NCBI GenBank assembly: GCA_027923505.1
Contig: BROI01000027.1
Location: forward strand, 1 to 64,000
Direction: 5' to 3'
From: Mayamaea pseudoterrestris
Lineage: Eukaryota
Length of the DNA: 64,000 bases
Numbering within the stretch: the first letter of the stretch is position 1; each line of letters begins with the position of its first letter. Positions 48,990-62,834 of the stretch are shown piece after piece. Both the position numbers and the translations under genes were made by a program. The notes under the pieces were generated by a model. That model was not told the DNA's origin. It did no database searches and worked only from the letters and a program-made list of their open reading frames with translations.

Positions 48990-51900
48990 ATGGTTGCGAT
49001 TACTGCGGAAGCTTTGCAGCTTCTCTGCACGAACGTTTTCGGACGAGACATCCAAGAAGCGTTCTTGTTTTGGAATGTAACCACCACTACCCAGATGTTG
49101 AGATTGACCAAGGAGCAACTTGAAGCCCCCTACTGGGTCGACAGAGCCGCCATTCCAGCTGGCGCTGAGCAAGAAGAAGGCGCGCAACCCGACGATGCGC
49201 AGCCGGGCGACGAGCCGGCCGAAGAACCGGCCGAGGAGCAAGCAGCCGCCGCACCAGAACGATACGAAACGACACTAGCACCAGTCTACGTGAACCTCAT
49301 CCTCGATGCATGCGAATGGTTTACCATGCACGACGGACCCCCGAACACCAAGAAATGGGCGTTGCTGGACTTAGGCAAGCTCGAGCGATACCAAGCGGTT
49401 CTCGCGGAACAAGAAATCGCGCGGAAGCGTGAAGAAGGATACTACGTACTCGAGTCCAAGAAGAAGCAAGCCGAGCTACTTGCCAAGCAACTCGAAAATG
49501 AGAATGTGAAGGCCGAGAAGGCCGAAAAGGAAGAAGATGCCAAGGGTCGTTTCTCGAATCTCAAGACGAAGCGAGATTACAAGGACTACAAAACGTTCCA
49601 ACATCCCCACGCGTGGTTGAGTTGGAGCGCGTCTACCAAGGCAATCGCCAAGCTCCATGGCTGTTCTAACGTGCTCGACAGCAAGTACGTACCAGTCACG
49701 GAACAAGAGAAGGAAGAGTTCGAGAACCAGCAAATCTTCATGTACACTGCGTTTCGCAATTGCCTCGAAGTCCCTGGATACCAGTCGCTCTTAATGAAGT
49801 ACAGCGACAAGTCTGACGCTCAGAGCGTCTGCGCGAACTCGCGACCCATTTGGTTCGTTCGAGGCCACCACCCAAGACCGAATCTGCAAGAGCGACGCTC
49901 GCGTCGCCTAGATTCGACCTGGACGAAAGGGCACTACAAGTTCCTAAACTACATCGAACAGCTCATGAAGAATCTCGAAGAGTTCCGTCCTGGAGTGACG
50001 GATGACAAGAAGAAGTACTACTGGCTCCGAGCTGCAGTGGAGGGTGACGAAGAATTCGGCCCCACGTGCACGACGTTCGACCAGCACCTGTTATTTGAAC
50101 GACGACGCATCACCAGTGCAAACGGTGACCCAGACGCCGTCGTAACGGAAGATTATGACTATCTTTTCGACATGTTGTTGCAGCAGGCTCTGCGCGTCGA
50201 CAACAAAAACGCCAAGTTGAATAAGGGCAAGAAGAACGCCGACCGCCAAGCGAACAACGCGAACACTTCCGGGCAAGGACGTGGTAATGGACGCGGTTCC
50301 GGTCGCGGCGGAGGACGCGGCGGACAAGGCGGACGCGGCGGTGGACGAGACGGTGGACGCGGTTCCCAAGTGAGCCGCGGTTCCGGAGGACGAGGCTCTT
50401 CCGCGCCACTACCAGCAGCCGGTACGCAAGCGCATCGGGAACGATTCCCTGGTGATTATCTGAACTTTGAACAGTTGTTGCAGAACCCCTGGTCGTACAT
50501 GTCGTATGAACGACTCGGCCGACTTAACGAGGACGAATACGCTCAGCTCATGGCTCGACGCGAAGCCGTCCCAAGACCCGCCACGACAAGACGCGCGAAC
50601 AATGGCAACCGCGCGAATAACCAGCAGTCACAAGCGGCTGCATCGGTGCCTGGTACAATCTTGTATCAGAATGACGCTGTCTCGATCGCCCCGACGACAG
50701 CCACTCAAGGTGCACCGGATGACATGATTAGATCTTTCCTTGCGAACGCCGCGTCGTCTCGCACTCAAGCTGCGAATAACACCCAGCAAGAGTTTATGGG
50801 AAGCGACGGCCGTCGGTACCGCGCAATGGTATCGGTGCGCTACACTGTGAATCGAGCTCGCAGCAACGAGACCCGCCAAGGATCGCTGATTGACGGCGGT
50901 GCGAACGGTGGACTCGCTGGAAGCGATATGAGAATCTTGAGTACTACCAACCACACGTGTAACGTGACAGGTTTGAGCGACCACACGGTTCGCGACCTCC
51001 AAGTCGGAACTGGCGTCGCATTGATTGAGACTCGGACTGGACCCATTATCGGTCAGTTCAACCAGTATGCTTTGTACGACGGCGCTGAATCCATTCATGC
51101 TCCATCGCAGCTTCGTTCGTTCGGCCATCTGATCGACGACGTCGCTCGCTCCCAGAATGGAGCACAAGCCATTGTCACCAGTTGTGGCAAGACCATCCCC
51201 TTGGCGATCCGCGACGGCTTGCCTCGTATGGATATGCGCGGCGGACGCAGAGTTGGAAATGTATCCGACGGTCATTTTCTCTGCGGACACCCTTTGGGAT
51301 CCGGCGGAATTGGATAATGAATGGAACGAAGAAGAACTTGAGTTTAATCGTCGCTTCGACGAATTGGAAGAAGCCCACGGTTTCGTCGACGCCCGCATGG
51401 ACGACTTCGGCGACGCCACCTACCGGAACAACATGAACTCAGTGGAACGTGTGGTGCAGTATGTCGATCGCAATCAGGCTGATACGACGCGCCAAGCCAA
51501 TGCACGACGCATAATGCCACAAGAACCTGACTACCAAGCGCTTCGACCCTACCTTGGCTACACGCCACTTGAACGAGTCAAGCGCACCATCAAGAATACG
51601 ACACAGCTTTTCCGTGCATCGGCACACACCCCATTTCGCCAACACTTTAAGTCGCGATTCCCTGCCGCCAATGTGGTTCGTTTCCATGACGATACGGCGA
51701 CAGATACCTGGTTTTCCAAGGAAGCCGCCTTTAACGACGGAATCCGCGGCCATGGCGGATGCAAGATGATGCAACTGTTCGTCGGCAAGAAGAGTCTGCT
51801 GACGAGGGGATACCCACTGAGAACCGAGAGTGACATGCCCATGGCGCTCGAAGACTTCATTCGAGACATTGGCGCTCCCGATTTGCTCATTAGCGATAAC

Positions 51901-54892
51901 TCGCGAGTGCAGCTCGGGAAGCAAGTTGAAACCTTGTTGCGATTCTACGCGATTCGTGACCAACAGAGCGAGCCCGGATACCAGAACCAGAACCCTGCCG
52001 AGCGTCGCATCCAAGAAGTCAAGTCATCAGTCCAGAACATCATGAACCGTACGGGCGCACCCGCTGGAGCCTGGCTCCTATGCGCGCTGTACGTAATCGC
52101 CTTATTCAACAATCTGGCGACCGAGTCCCTCAACTGGAAGACCCCTACTGAAGCCGCCTTCAACCGAGTACCCGACATTTCGCCGTTCCTGCAGTTCAAG
52201 TTCTGGGAACGAGTCCTGTACGAAGCTGGAGCCGACGAGCCGCCGACATTTCCTCACACCAAGGAAGCAGCAGGACGCTGGGTCGGCATTGCAGAGAACA
52301 AGGGTGACATCCTCACGTACCAAGTTCGATCTGATCGGACTGGAATGGTTGTCGTCCGATCCAATGTTCGTCCCTTCTCCGAAGGACGTAACCTACGCGC
52401 TGAAGCCGAAAGCGCCCCTGAACCCGAGTCCGAACGACCACTGTTCGCGGAACCTGTCTTTGACGCGCGCCCTGCGCGTGAACGAGTCCAAGTCGAAACT
52501 GTCGACGAGTTTGACGATGAGTATGACCTAGTCGGTCCGGTGTTTGAACACGACCTTACACCGACCCCAGCGCCTGATTCTGGGGAACCGTGGATGAAGA
52601 CGCATTCACGTTGGAAAGCGCTGCCGAGTTAGCCGGTTTGGATCCCGACGGACCCATGCCGTCCTTTACTCCGGCTGAACTGATGGGACGCACTGTCCTT
52701 CTTGACGAGGAAGATGGCTCCACGCGACGTTACAAGGTTATCGAGCAACTGAACGATCGCGATGAAGCCAACCACAAGATTATCAAGTTCCGATTGAGTC
52801 TCGGCGACGGCGACGTCGACGAGCTTATCACCTACAACAAACTGGCCGACCTGTGCGAGCGGCAAGATTCTTTACGACTGGGGGACGATGACAACGACGA
52901 CCAGTACTACAAGTTTGATTTCATTGACGGACATGAAGGTCCACTGACACAAGCCGACGCTACGTATCGCGGCTCATCCTACAACTTGCTCATCCAATGG
53001 GCAAATGGCGAGAAGACCTGGGAGCCACTCGCATTGATTATCAAGTCCGACCCTGTGACCGTTGCCGAGTACGGCAAGCGCAAGGGTATGCTGGACAAGG
53101 ATGGATGGAAGCGCTTGAAGCGCATGGCAGGACGCACTAAAATGTTTAACCGCATGTGCAAGGCTGCAAAGAAGAACCGTGTCCAAGAAGCGCGTTTCAA
53201 GTTTGGCGTTCAAGTTCCTAATACCTGGAAGGAAGCGAACCGCCTCGACGCTGCTAATGGAAACACCCTGTGGGCTGACGCCGTCAAGACTGAGATGGAG
53301 CAGCTACATGAGTACGACACTTTCATCGACAAGGGCATCGGTGCCTTCATGGAAAGTGACTGGAAGCGCATCAACGCGCATCTTGTTTTCGACTGCAAGA
53401 ACGATCTACGACGTAAGGCCCGACTCGTCGCCGGGGGACATTTGACCGCTCCGCCCAAGGACTCCGCCTACTCCGGCGTTGTATCTATGCGAAGCATTCG
53501 AACCATAGCACTGTTAGCTGAACTGAACGACCTCAAGTTTTGGGCTGCCGATGTCGGTAACGCCTACCTCGAGGCCAAGACCAAGGAAAAGGTCTACATT
53601 GTTGCCGGTCCCGAGTTTGGACCATTGGAAGGCCATACCTTGGTCATCTACAAGGCACTATACGGATTGCGCACTTCTGGCGCGCGTTGGCATGAGCACT
53701 TTGCCGACACACTCCGCGATATTGGATTCTACCCAAGCTACGCGGACCCTGACGTCTGGATGAAAGACTGTGGCACTCACTACGAGTACGTCGGCGTGTT
53801 CGTCGACGATCTGGCTATGGCCATGAAAGATCCACAAGCCTTCACAGACCTCCTCAAGGAGAAGTACAAGTACAAGTTGAAGGGCGTTGGTGACATCAAG
53901 TACCACCTTGGAGCCGACTTCTATCGTGATCCCGATGGAACCCTCTGCATGAGCGCGAAGACCTACGTCGGTCGCATGCTCAAGAACTACGAGACCATGT
54001 TTGGCGAGAAACCACGCAAGCGCAAGTCACCGCTTGACGACGGGGACCACCCCGAACTTGACCTTACCGAAGAGCTGGATGCCCGTGGCATTCAACAGTA
54101 CCAGTCTCTTATCGGTGCCCTCCAGTGGGCAGTGACCCTATGTCGACTAGACATTCATTGTGCCGTAATGACACTTGGCCGATTCCGCTGCGCCCCGCGC
54201 CGTGGACACCTGGACCGAGCCAAGCGAGTCTGCGGTTACCTAGCTGAGTACCCTGATGCGGCGATTCGTTTCCGGACGAAGTGCGTCGATCACGGGGAAT
54301 CTACCCATTATGATTGGTTTCAACCTGTCTACGGCAACTCAAGCGAAGAGCTTCCGTGGAACATGCCGATCCCGAAGGGCAAGCCTGTGCAACTAACTAC
54401 CTTTATGGACGCGAACCTGTACCATGATTACACTACTGGACGTTCCGCAATGGGAGTCCTGCATTTCCTGAACCAGACGCCCGTCGAATGGTTCTGCAAG
54501 CGTCAGAATACTGTCGAGACTGCAACGTACTGATCCTAGTTCGTCGCTCGCCAAGACCGCGACCGGAACAGATTATGGGTTTCCGATACTCCCTAAGCAT
54601 GTTGGGAGTTCCTTTGAGTGGACCAGCCTGGATGTTCGGCGACAACGAAAGTGTCAAGAAGTCGTCAACGATCCCGCACTCCACACTTTCTAAGCGACAC
54701 AATGCGCTCGCCTACCACCGAGTTCGCGAGGCCATTGCAAGCAATGTTCTGTACTTTGAGCACATCTTCGGCAAGCAGAACGTCGCCGACGTTCTTACCA
54801 AGTTCTTGCCGCATGCCACGTTCCGACCCCTGATCATTCCGATTCTTTTCTGGAAGGGTGATACGGCAAACCGATCGTTGTCACAAGCCTAG
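48990..54892 (+). CDS. Family B gag-pol polyprotein, broken here at ~51240, ~52585 and ~54530 (breaks look like consensus errors)
   Basis: RGG Gag; protease LIDGGANGG; integrase TATDTWF / ISDNS / QNPAERR; IQWANGEKTWEPL module; RT ADVGNAYL / KALYGLRTSG / FVDD; RNase H MDAN / GDNES / NVADVLTK. Sister fragments in this window are in frame at all three breaks. Confidence 0.85.
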
Positions 54893-55225
54893 ATCAAGGG
54901 GGATGACACAATATTATTGAGTTGAGTTGACCTGCGTCTTATGACAAGACGGTTAGCTACCTGTGTTTTGTATGCATTTAATCCTGTGCAGGGTTGAGTC
55001 ACACTTGTGACCGAATCCTCACATACATGAGTGAAATCGCTGACGATCGAGGCGTGAACCTCGACCGTGAACCCAGTGAGAACGAGAAAGAAGCGCACGA
55101 GTAGAGTAGCGAGTAACATGCACTATTCTAGCAATTGAGTTTGTTTGTTTGCTTTACGCTGGACGAAGAGGTTGATCGCTCCGAGTCCATTGTAGTCGCT
55201 GGAATAAAGGTTCGTCTGATATTAT

Positions 55226-58200
55226 CGGTTGTTGTGTAAGAAAGGACTTGCGGAAAGCGAGGTATTCACTATCATGGTTGCGATTACTGCGGAAGCTTTG
55301 CAGCTTCTCTGCACGAACGTTTTCGGACGAGACATCCAAGAAGCGTTCTTGTTTTGGAATGTAACCACCACTACCCAGATGTTGAGATTGACCAAGGAGC
55401 AACTTGAAGCCCCCTACTGGGTCGACAGAGCCGCCATTCCAGCTGGCGCTGAGCAAGAAGAAGGCGCGCAACCCGACGATGCGCAGCCGGGCGACGAGCC
55501 GGCCGAAGAACCGGCCGAGGAGCAAGCAGCCGCCGCACCAGAACGATACGAAACGACACTAGCACCAGTCTACGTGAACCTCATCCTCGATGCATGCGAA
55601 TGGTTTACCATGCACGACGGACCCCCGAACACCAAGAAATGGGCGTTGCTGGACTTAGGCAAGCTCGAGCGATACCAAGCGGTTCTCGCGGAACAAGAAA
55701 TCGCGCGGAAGCGTGAAGAAGGATACTACGTACTCGAGTCCAAGAAGAAGCAAGCCGAGCTACTTGCCAAGCAACTCGAAAATGAGAATGTGAAGGCCGA
55801 GAAGGCCGAAAAGGAAGAAGATGCCAAGGGTCGTTTCTCGAATCTCAAGACGAAGCGAGATTACAAGGACTACAAAACGTTCCAACATCCCCACGCGTGG
55901 TTGAGTTGGAGCGCGTCTACCAAGGCAATCGCCAAGCTCCATGGCTGTTCTAACGTGCTCGACAGCAAGTACGTACCAGTCACGGAACAAGAGAAGGAAG
56001 AGTTCGAGAACCAGCAAATCTTCATGTACACTGCGTTTCGCAATTGCCTCGAAGTCCCTGGATACCAGTCGCTCTTAATGAAGTACAGCGACAAGTCTGA
56101 CGCTCAGAGCGTCTGCGCGAACTCGCGACCCATTTGGTTCGTTCGAGGCCACCACCCAAGACCGAATCTGCAAGAGCGACGCTCGCGTCGCCTAGATTCG
56201 ACCTGGACGAAAGGGCACTACAAGTTCCTAAACTACATCGAACAGCTCATGAAGAATCTCGAAGAGTTCCGTCCTGGAGTGACGGATGACAAGAAGAAGT
56301 ACTACTGGCTCCGAGCTGCAGTGGAGGGTGACGAAGAATTCGGCCCCACGTGCACGACGTTCGACCAGCACCTGTTATTTGAACGACGACGCATCACCAG
56401 TGCAAACGGTGACCCAGACGCCGTCGTAACGGAAGATTATGACTATCTTTTCGACATGTTGTTGCAGCAGGCTCTGCGCGTCGACAACAAAAACGCCAAG
56501 TTGAATAAGGGCAAGAAGAACGCCGACCGCCAAGCGAACAACGCGAACACTTCCGGGCAAGGACGTGGTAATGGACGCGGTTCCGGTCGCGGCGGAGGAC
56601 GCGGCGGACAAGGCGGACGCGGCGGTGGACGAGACGGTGGACGCGGTTCCCAAGTGAGCCGCGGTTCCGGAGGACGAGGCTCTTCCGCGCCACTACCAGC
56701 AGCCGGTACGCAAGCGCATCGGGAACGATTCCCTGGTGATTATCTGAACTTTGAACAGTTGTTGCAGAACCCCTGGTCGTACATGTCGTATGAACGACTC
56801 GGCCGACTTAACGAGGACGAATACGCTCAGCTCATGGCTCGACGCGAAGCCGTCCCAAGACCCGCCACGACAAGACGCGCGAACAATGGCAACCGCGCGA
56901 ATAACCAGCAGTCACAAGCGGCTGCATCGGTGCCTGGTACAATCTTGTATCAGAATGACGCTGTCTCGATCGCCCCGACGACAGCCACTCAAGGTGCACC
57001 GGATGACATGATTAGATCTTTCCTTGCGAACGCCGCGTCGTCTCGCACTCAAGCTGCGAATAACACCCAGCAAGAGTTTATGGGAAGCGACGGCCGTCGG
57101 TACCGCGCAATGGTATCGGTGCGCTACACTGTGAATCGAGCTCGCAGCAACGAGACCCGCCAAGGATCGCTGATTGACGGCGGTGCGAACGGTGGACTCG
57201 CTGGAAGCGATATGAGAATCTTGAGTACTACCAACCACACGTGTAACGTGACAGGTTTGAGCGACCACACGGTTCGCGACCTCCAAGTCGGAACTGGCGT
57301 CGCATTGATTGAGACTCGGACTGGACCCATTATCGGTCAGTTCAACCAGTATGCTTTGTACGACGGCGCTGAATCCATTCATGCTCCATCGCAGCTTCGT
57401 TCGTTCGGCCATCTGATCGACGACGTCGCTCGCTCCCAGAATGGAGCACAAGCCATTGTCACCAGTTGTGGCAAGACCATCCCCTTGGCGATCCGCGACG
57501 GCTTGCCTCGTATGGATATGCGCGGCGGACGCAGAGTTGGAAATGTATCCGACGGTCATTTTCTCTGCGGACACCCTTTGGGATCCGGCGGAATTGGATA
57601 ATGAATGGAACGAAGAAGAACTTGAGTTTAATCGTCGCTTCGACGAATTGGAAGAAGCCCACGGTTTCGTCGACGCCCGCATGGACGACTTCGGCGACGC
57701 CACCTACCGGAACAACATGAACTCAGTGGAACGTGTGGTGCAGTATGTCGATCGCAATCAGGCTGATACGACGCGCCAAGCCAATGCACGACGCATAATG
57801 CCACAAGAACCTGACTACCAAGCGCTTCGACCCTACCTTGGCTACACGCCACTTGAACGAGTCAAGCGCACCATCAAGAATACGACACAGCTTTTCCGTG
57901 CATCGGCACACACCCCATTTCGCCAACACTTTAAGTCGCGATTCCCTGCCGCCAATGTGGTTCGTTTCCATGACGATACGGCGACAGATACCTGGTTTTC
58001 CAAGGAAGCCGCCTTTAACGACGGAATCCGCGGCCATGGCGGATGCAAGATGATGCAACTGTTCGTCGGCAAGAAGAGTCTGCTGACGAGGGGATACCCA
58101 CTGAGAACCGAGAGTGACATGCCCATGGCGCTCGAAGACTTCATTCGAGACATTGGCGCTCCCGATTTGCTCATTAGCGATAACTCGCGAGTGCAGCTCG

Positions 58201-61200
58201 GGAAGCAAGTTGAAACCTTGTTGCGATTCTACGCGATTCGTGACCAACAGAGCGAGCCCGGATACCAGAACCAGAACCCTGCCGAGCGTCGCATCCAAGA
58301 AGTCAAGTCATCAGTCCAGAACATCATGAACCGTACGGGCGCACCCGCTGGAGCCTGGCTCCTATGCGCGCTGTACGTAATCGCCTTATTCAACAATCTG
58401 GCGACCGAGTCCCTCAACTGGAAGACCCCTACTGAAGCCGCCTTCAACCGAGTACCCGACATTTCGCCGTTCCTGCAGTTCAAGTTCTGGGAACGAGTCC
58501 TGTACGAAGCTGGAGCCGACGAGCCGCCGACATTTCCTCACACCAAGGAAGCAGCAGGACGCTGGGTCGGCATTGCAGAGAACAAGGGTGACATCCTCAC
58601 GTACCAAGTTCGATCTGATCGGACTGGAATGGTTGTCGTCCGATCCAATGTTCGTCCCTTCTCCGAAGGACGTAACCTACGCGCTGAAGCCGAAAGCGCC
58701 CCTGAACCCGAGTCCGAACGACCACTGTTCGCGGAACCTGTCTTTGACGCGCGCCCTGCGCGTGAACGAGTCCAAGTCGAAACTGTCGACGAGTTTGACG
58801 ATGAGTATGACCTAGTCGGTCCGGTGTTTGAACACGACCTTACACCGACCCCAGCGCCTGATTCTGGGGAACCGTGGATGAAGACGCATTCACGTTGGAA
58901 AGCGCTGCCGAGTTAGCCGGTTTGGATCCCGACGGACCCATGCCGTCCTTTACTCCGGCTGAACTGATGGGACGCACTGTCCTTCTTGACGAGGAAGATG
59001 GCTCCACGCGACGTTACAAGGTTATCGAGCAACTGAACGATCGCGATGAAGCCAACCACAAGATTATCAAGTTCCGATTGAGTCTCGGCGACGGCGACGT
59101 CGACGAGCTTATCACCTACAACAAACTGGCCGACCTGTGCGAGCGGCAAGATTCTTTACGACTGGGGGACGATGACAACGACGACCAGTACTACAAGTTT
59201 GATTTCATTGACGGACATGAAGGTCCACTGACACAAGCCGACGCTACGTATCGCGGCTCATCCTACAACTTGCTCATCCAATGGGCAAATGGCGAGAAGA
59301 CCTGGGAGCCACTCGCATTGATTATCAAGTCCGACCCTGTGACCGTTGCCGAGTACGGCAAGCGCAAGGGTATGCTGGACAAGGATGGATGGAAGCGCTT
59401 GAAGCGCATGGCAGGACGCACTAAAATGTTTAACCGCATGTGCAAGGCTGCAAAGAAGAACCGTGTCCAAGAAGCGCGTTTCAAGTTTGGCGTTCAAGTT
59501 CCTAATACCTGGAAGGAAGCGAACCGCCTCGACGCTGCTAATGGAAACACCCTGTGGGCTGACGCCGTCAAGACTGAGATGGAGCAGCTACATGAGTACG
59601 ACACTTTCATCGACAAGGGCATCGGTGCCTTCATGGAAAGTGACTGGAAGCGCATCAACGCGCATCTTGTTTTCGACTGCAAGAACGATCTACGACGTAA
59701 GGCCCGACTCGTCGCCGGGGGACATTTGACCGCTCCGCCCAAGGACTCCGCCTACTCCGGCGTTGTATCTATGCGAAGCATTCGAACCATAGCACTGTTA
59801 GCTGAACTGAACGACCTCAAGTTTTGGGCTGCCGATGTCGGTAACGCCTACCTCGAGGCCAAGACCAAGGAAAAGGTCTACATTGTTGCCGGTCCCGAGT
59901 TTGGACCATTGGAAGGCCATACCTTGGTCATCTACAAGGCACTATACGGATTGCGCACTTCTGGCGCGCGTTGGCATGAGCACTTTGCCGACACACTCCG
60001 CGATATTGGATTCTACCCAAGCTACGCGGACCCTGACGTCTGGATGAAAGACTGTGGCACTCACTACGAGTACGTCGGCGTGTTCGTCGACGATCTGGCT
60101 ATGGCCATGAAAGATCCACAAGCCTTCACAGACCTCCTCAAGGAGAAGTACAAGTACAAGTTGAAGGGCGTTGGTGACATCAAGTACCACCTTGGAGCCG
60201 ACTTCTATCGTGATCCCGATGGAACCCTCTGCATGAGCGCGAAGACCTACGTCGGTCGCATGCTCAAGAACTACGAGACCATGTTTGGCGAGAAACCACG
60301 CAAGCGCAAGTCACCGCTTGACGACGGGGACCACCCCGAACTTGACCTTACCGAAGAGCTGGATGCCCGTGGCATTCAACAGTACCAGTCTCTTATCGGT
60401 GCCCTCCAGTGGGCAGTGACCCTATGTCGACTAGACATTCATTGTGCCGTAATGACACTTGGCCGATTCCGCTGCGCCCCGCGCCGTGGACACCTGGACC
60501 GAGCCAAGCGAGTCTGCGGTTACCTAGCTGAGTACCCTGATGCGGCGATTCGTTTCCGGACGAAGTGCGTCGATCACGGGGAATCTACCCATTATGATTG
60601 GTTTCAACCTGTCTACGGCAACTCAAGCGAAGAGCTTCCGTGGAACATGCCGATCCCGAAGGGCAAGCCTGTGCAACTAACTACCTTTATGGACGCGAAC
60701 CTGTACCATGATTACACTACTGGACGTTCCGCAATGGGAGTCCTGCATTTCCTGAACCAGACGCCCGTCGAATGGTTCTGCAAGCGTCAGAATACTGTCG
60801 AGACTGCAACGTACTGATCCTAGTTCGTCGCTCGCCAAGACCGCGACCGGAACAGATTATGGGTTTCCGATACTCCCTAAGCATGTTGGGAGTTCCTTTG
60901 AGTGGACCAGCCTGGATGTTCGGCGACAACGAAAGTGTCAAGAAGTCGTCAACGATCCCGCACTCCACACTTTCTAAGCGACACAATGCGCTCGCCTACC
61001 ACCGAGTTCGCGAGGCCATTGCAAGCAATGTTCTGTACTTTGAGCACATCTTCGGCAAGCAGAACGTCGCCGACGTTCTTACCAAGTTCTTGCCGCATGC
61101 CACGTTCCGACCCCTGATCATTCCGATTCTTTTCTGGAAGGGTGATACGGCAAACCGATCGTTGTCACAAGCCTAGATCAAGGGGGATGACACAATATTA

Positions 61201-61516
61201 TTGAGTTGAGTTGACCTGCGTCTTATGACAAGACGGTTAGCTACCTGTGTTTTGTATGCATTTAATCCTGTGCAGGGTTGAGTCACACTTGTGACCGAAT
61301 CCTCACATACATGAGTGAAATCGCTGACGATCGAGGCGTGAACCTCGACCGTGAACCCAGTGAGAACGAGAAAGAAGCGCACGAGTAGAGTAGCGAGTAA
61401 CATGCACTATTCTAGCAATTGAGTTTGTTTGTTTGCTTTACGCTGGACGAAGAGGTTGATCGCTCCGAGTCCATTGTAGTCGCTGGAATAAAGGTTCGTC
61501 TGATATTATCGTGTCA
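55226..61516 (+). mobile_element. Exact tandem duplicate (+6284 bp) of the family B element, without PBS or leader, ending in a complete LTR 61188-61516
   Basis: All ORFs repeat at +6284 with identical translations (48945/55229, 51157/57441, 52590/58874). The junction ATTATCG|GTTGTTGTG has CG microhomology. Confidence 0.93.
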
Positions 61517-62064
61517 GAACCCAAGCGTTTTGTTGGAAGGCTATCACCCATCGACATCAACCTTATTCTCGGCGCATGCAAATGGTGGAACATGTGGGAA
61601 GGCATCAAGAACTCCGACAAGTGGTTGGAATTGGACCTAGGCAAGCTCGAAAAGTTTCAAACAACCCTCACTGAGCAAAGAGTGGTCAAAAGCGTGAAGA
61701 GTTACACTTCACCGTCGAGACCAAGAAGAACGAAGAACATATCTTGAAGGTTGCTGCTGAGGCTGCCAAGCTTCAAGCGGAGCTACTTTCCAAGCAACTC
61801 AAAAATGAAGAAAAGAAGGCTGTGAAGGCTGAAAAGGAAGCAGATGCCAAGGGTCGATTCTCTAACGTCAAGACGAAGCAAGTTCACAAGGACTACAAAA
61901 TGTTCCAGCATCCCCATGGGTGGTTGAGCTGGAGTGCATCTACCAAGGCACTGGCCAAGCTCCATGGCTGTTCTAACGTGCTTGACAGCAAGTATGTACC
62001 AGTCATGGATGAAGAGAAGGAAGAGTTTCAAGAGCAACAAATCTTCATGTACTCTGCGTTTCGC
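61517..62064 (+). pseudogene. gag: Diverged family-B-like gag fragment
   Basis: INLILGACKWW...LDLGKLEKFQ and KGRFSNVKTK...FQHPHGWLSWSASTKALAKLHGCSNVLDSKYVPV...QQIFMYSAFR are homologous to 49255-49757. Truncated at both ends. Confidence 0.88.
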
Positions 62065-62834
62065 TTGATTACGGCTGTATGCTCAACATCGCTTGGATGG
62101 TTATCGCTACAATAAGGAGACCTTTTGGGAATCCTAACATCAGCTTAACTAAAAATTGTGGCTTGTAAAGCTTGCAGTCTAGTCGTGTAGTAACTTTCTA
62201 ATTCCGCGGCTATCCAGCATGCAATTAATGATTAAAGGCATCGTCCGCTTGCATTAGGACTCTCAATGAGCAATCGCCATCAAGGACCTGTCGCTCACTT
62301 GACCTCGGCCAGCAATTTGCAGTTGATTAGGCAATTAAACTAAACACATACCAGGACTTTCGCATGTGCTTATAATGATTTGGTATTGAACGACATGCAC
62401 TACATTTCTACTGCTGATAAGCCACCATGTTGTTACAAGCGTAGGTGCAAAGTCACTGTCAGATAACACAACCATGCCGTAAACTGGGCTTAGATGCGAC
62501 GCGCTACTTAAGCAGAGGAAAACATTGGACTTCGAACACAATCTGGCTCAATACTGGCTGACAGTGAATGCCAATCCCGCGGGCATGCCAACAGGCAAAG
62601 TATTGAGTTAAAAGAGGTAGCTACCTGATCAACACGCGGGCCATGCAATCCAACGGATGATTTGACACCGATGCGACACCAATCGGAACCATTCATCTTG
62701 CCGGATCATCGAAAAGATGTTGCTGACCCGCCAACCTCAAATTGATCGGCTCTCTTGTCCCTCGACCTTCGCACAACCATCTCACTATCACAAAATCAAG
62801 AGCGTTACTTCATCTCGCTAGCATACTTTTCAGC

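Larger units (their letters stand above)
48442..55227 (+). mobile_element. Family B CoDi-like Ty1/copia, essentially full length
   Basis: 5' LTR 48442-48770, PBS 48771-48785, gag-pol 48990-54892, PPT, and 3' LTR 54904-55227 lacking the final TGTCA. The LTRs look identical by eye. Confidence 0.96.

Noticed and set aside
51157..52632. Programmed frameshifts between the family B ORFs
   Set aside because: Sister copies in the window are in frame at these positions, and I see no slippery-site context. Errors or mutations are more likely.
62742..62834. Longer N-terminus for the last CDS, as given in the ORF track
   Set aside because: It starts at a non-ATG codon; ATG 62835 directly begins the signal peptide.
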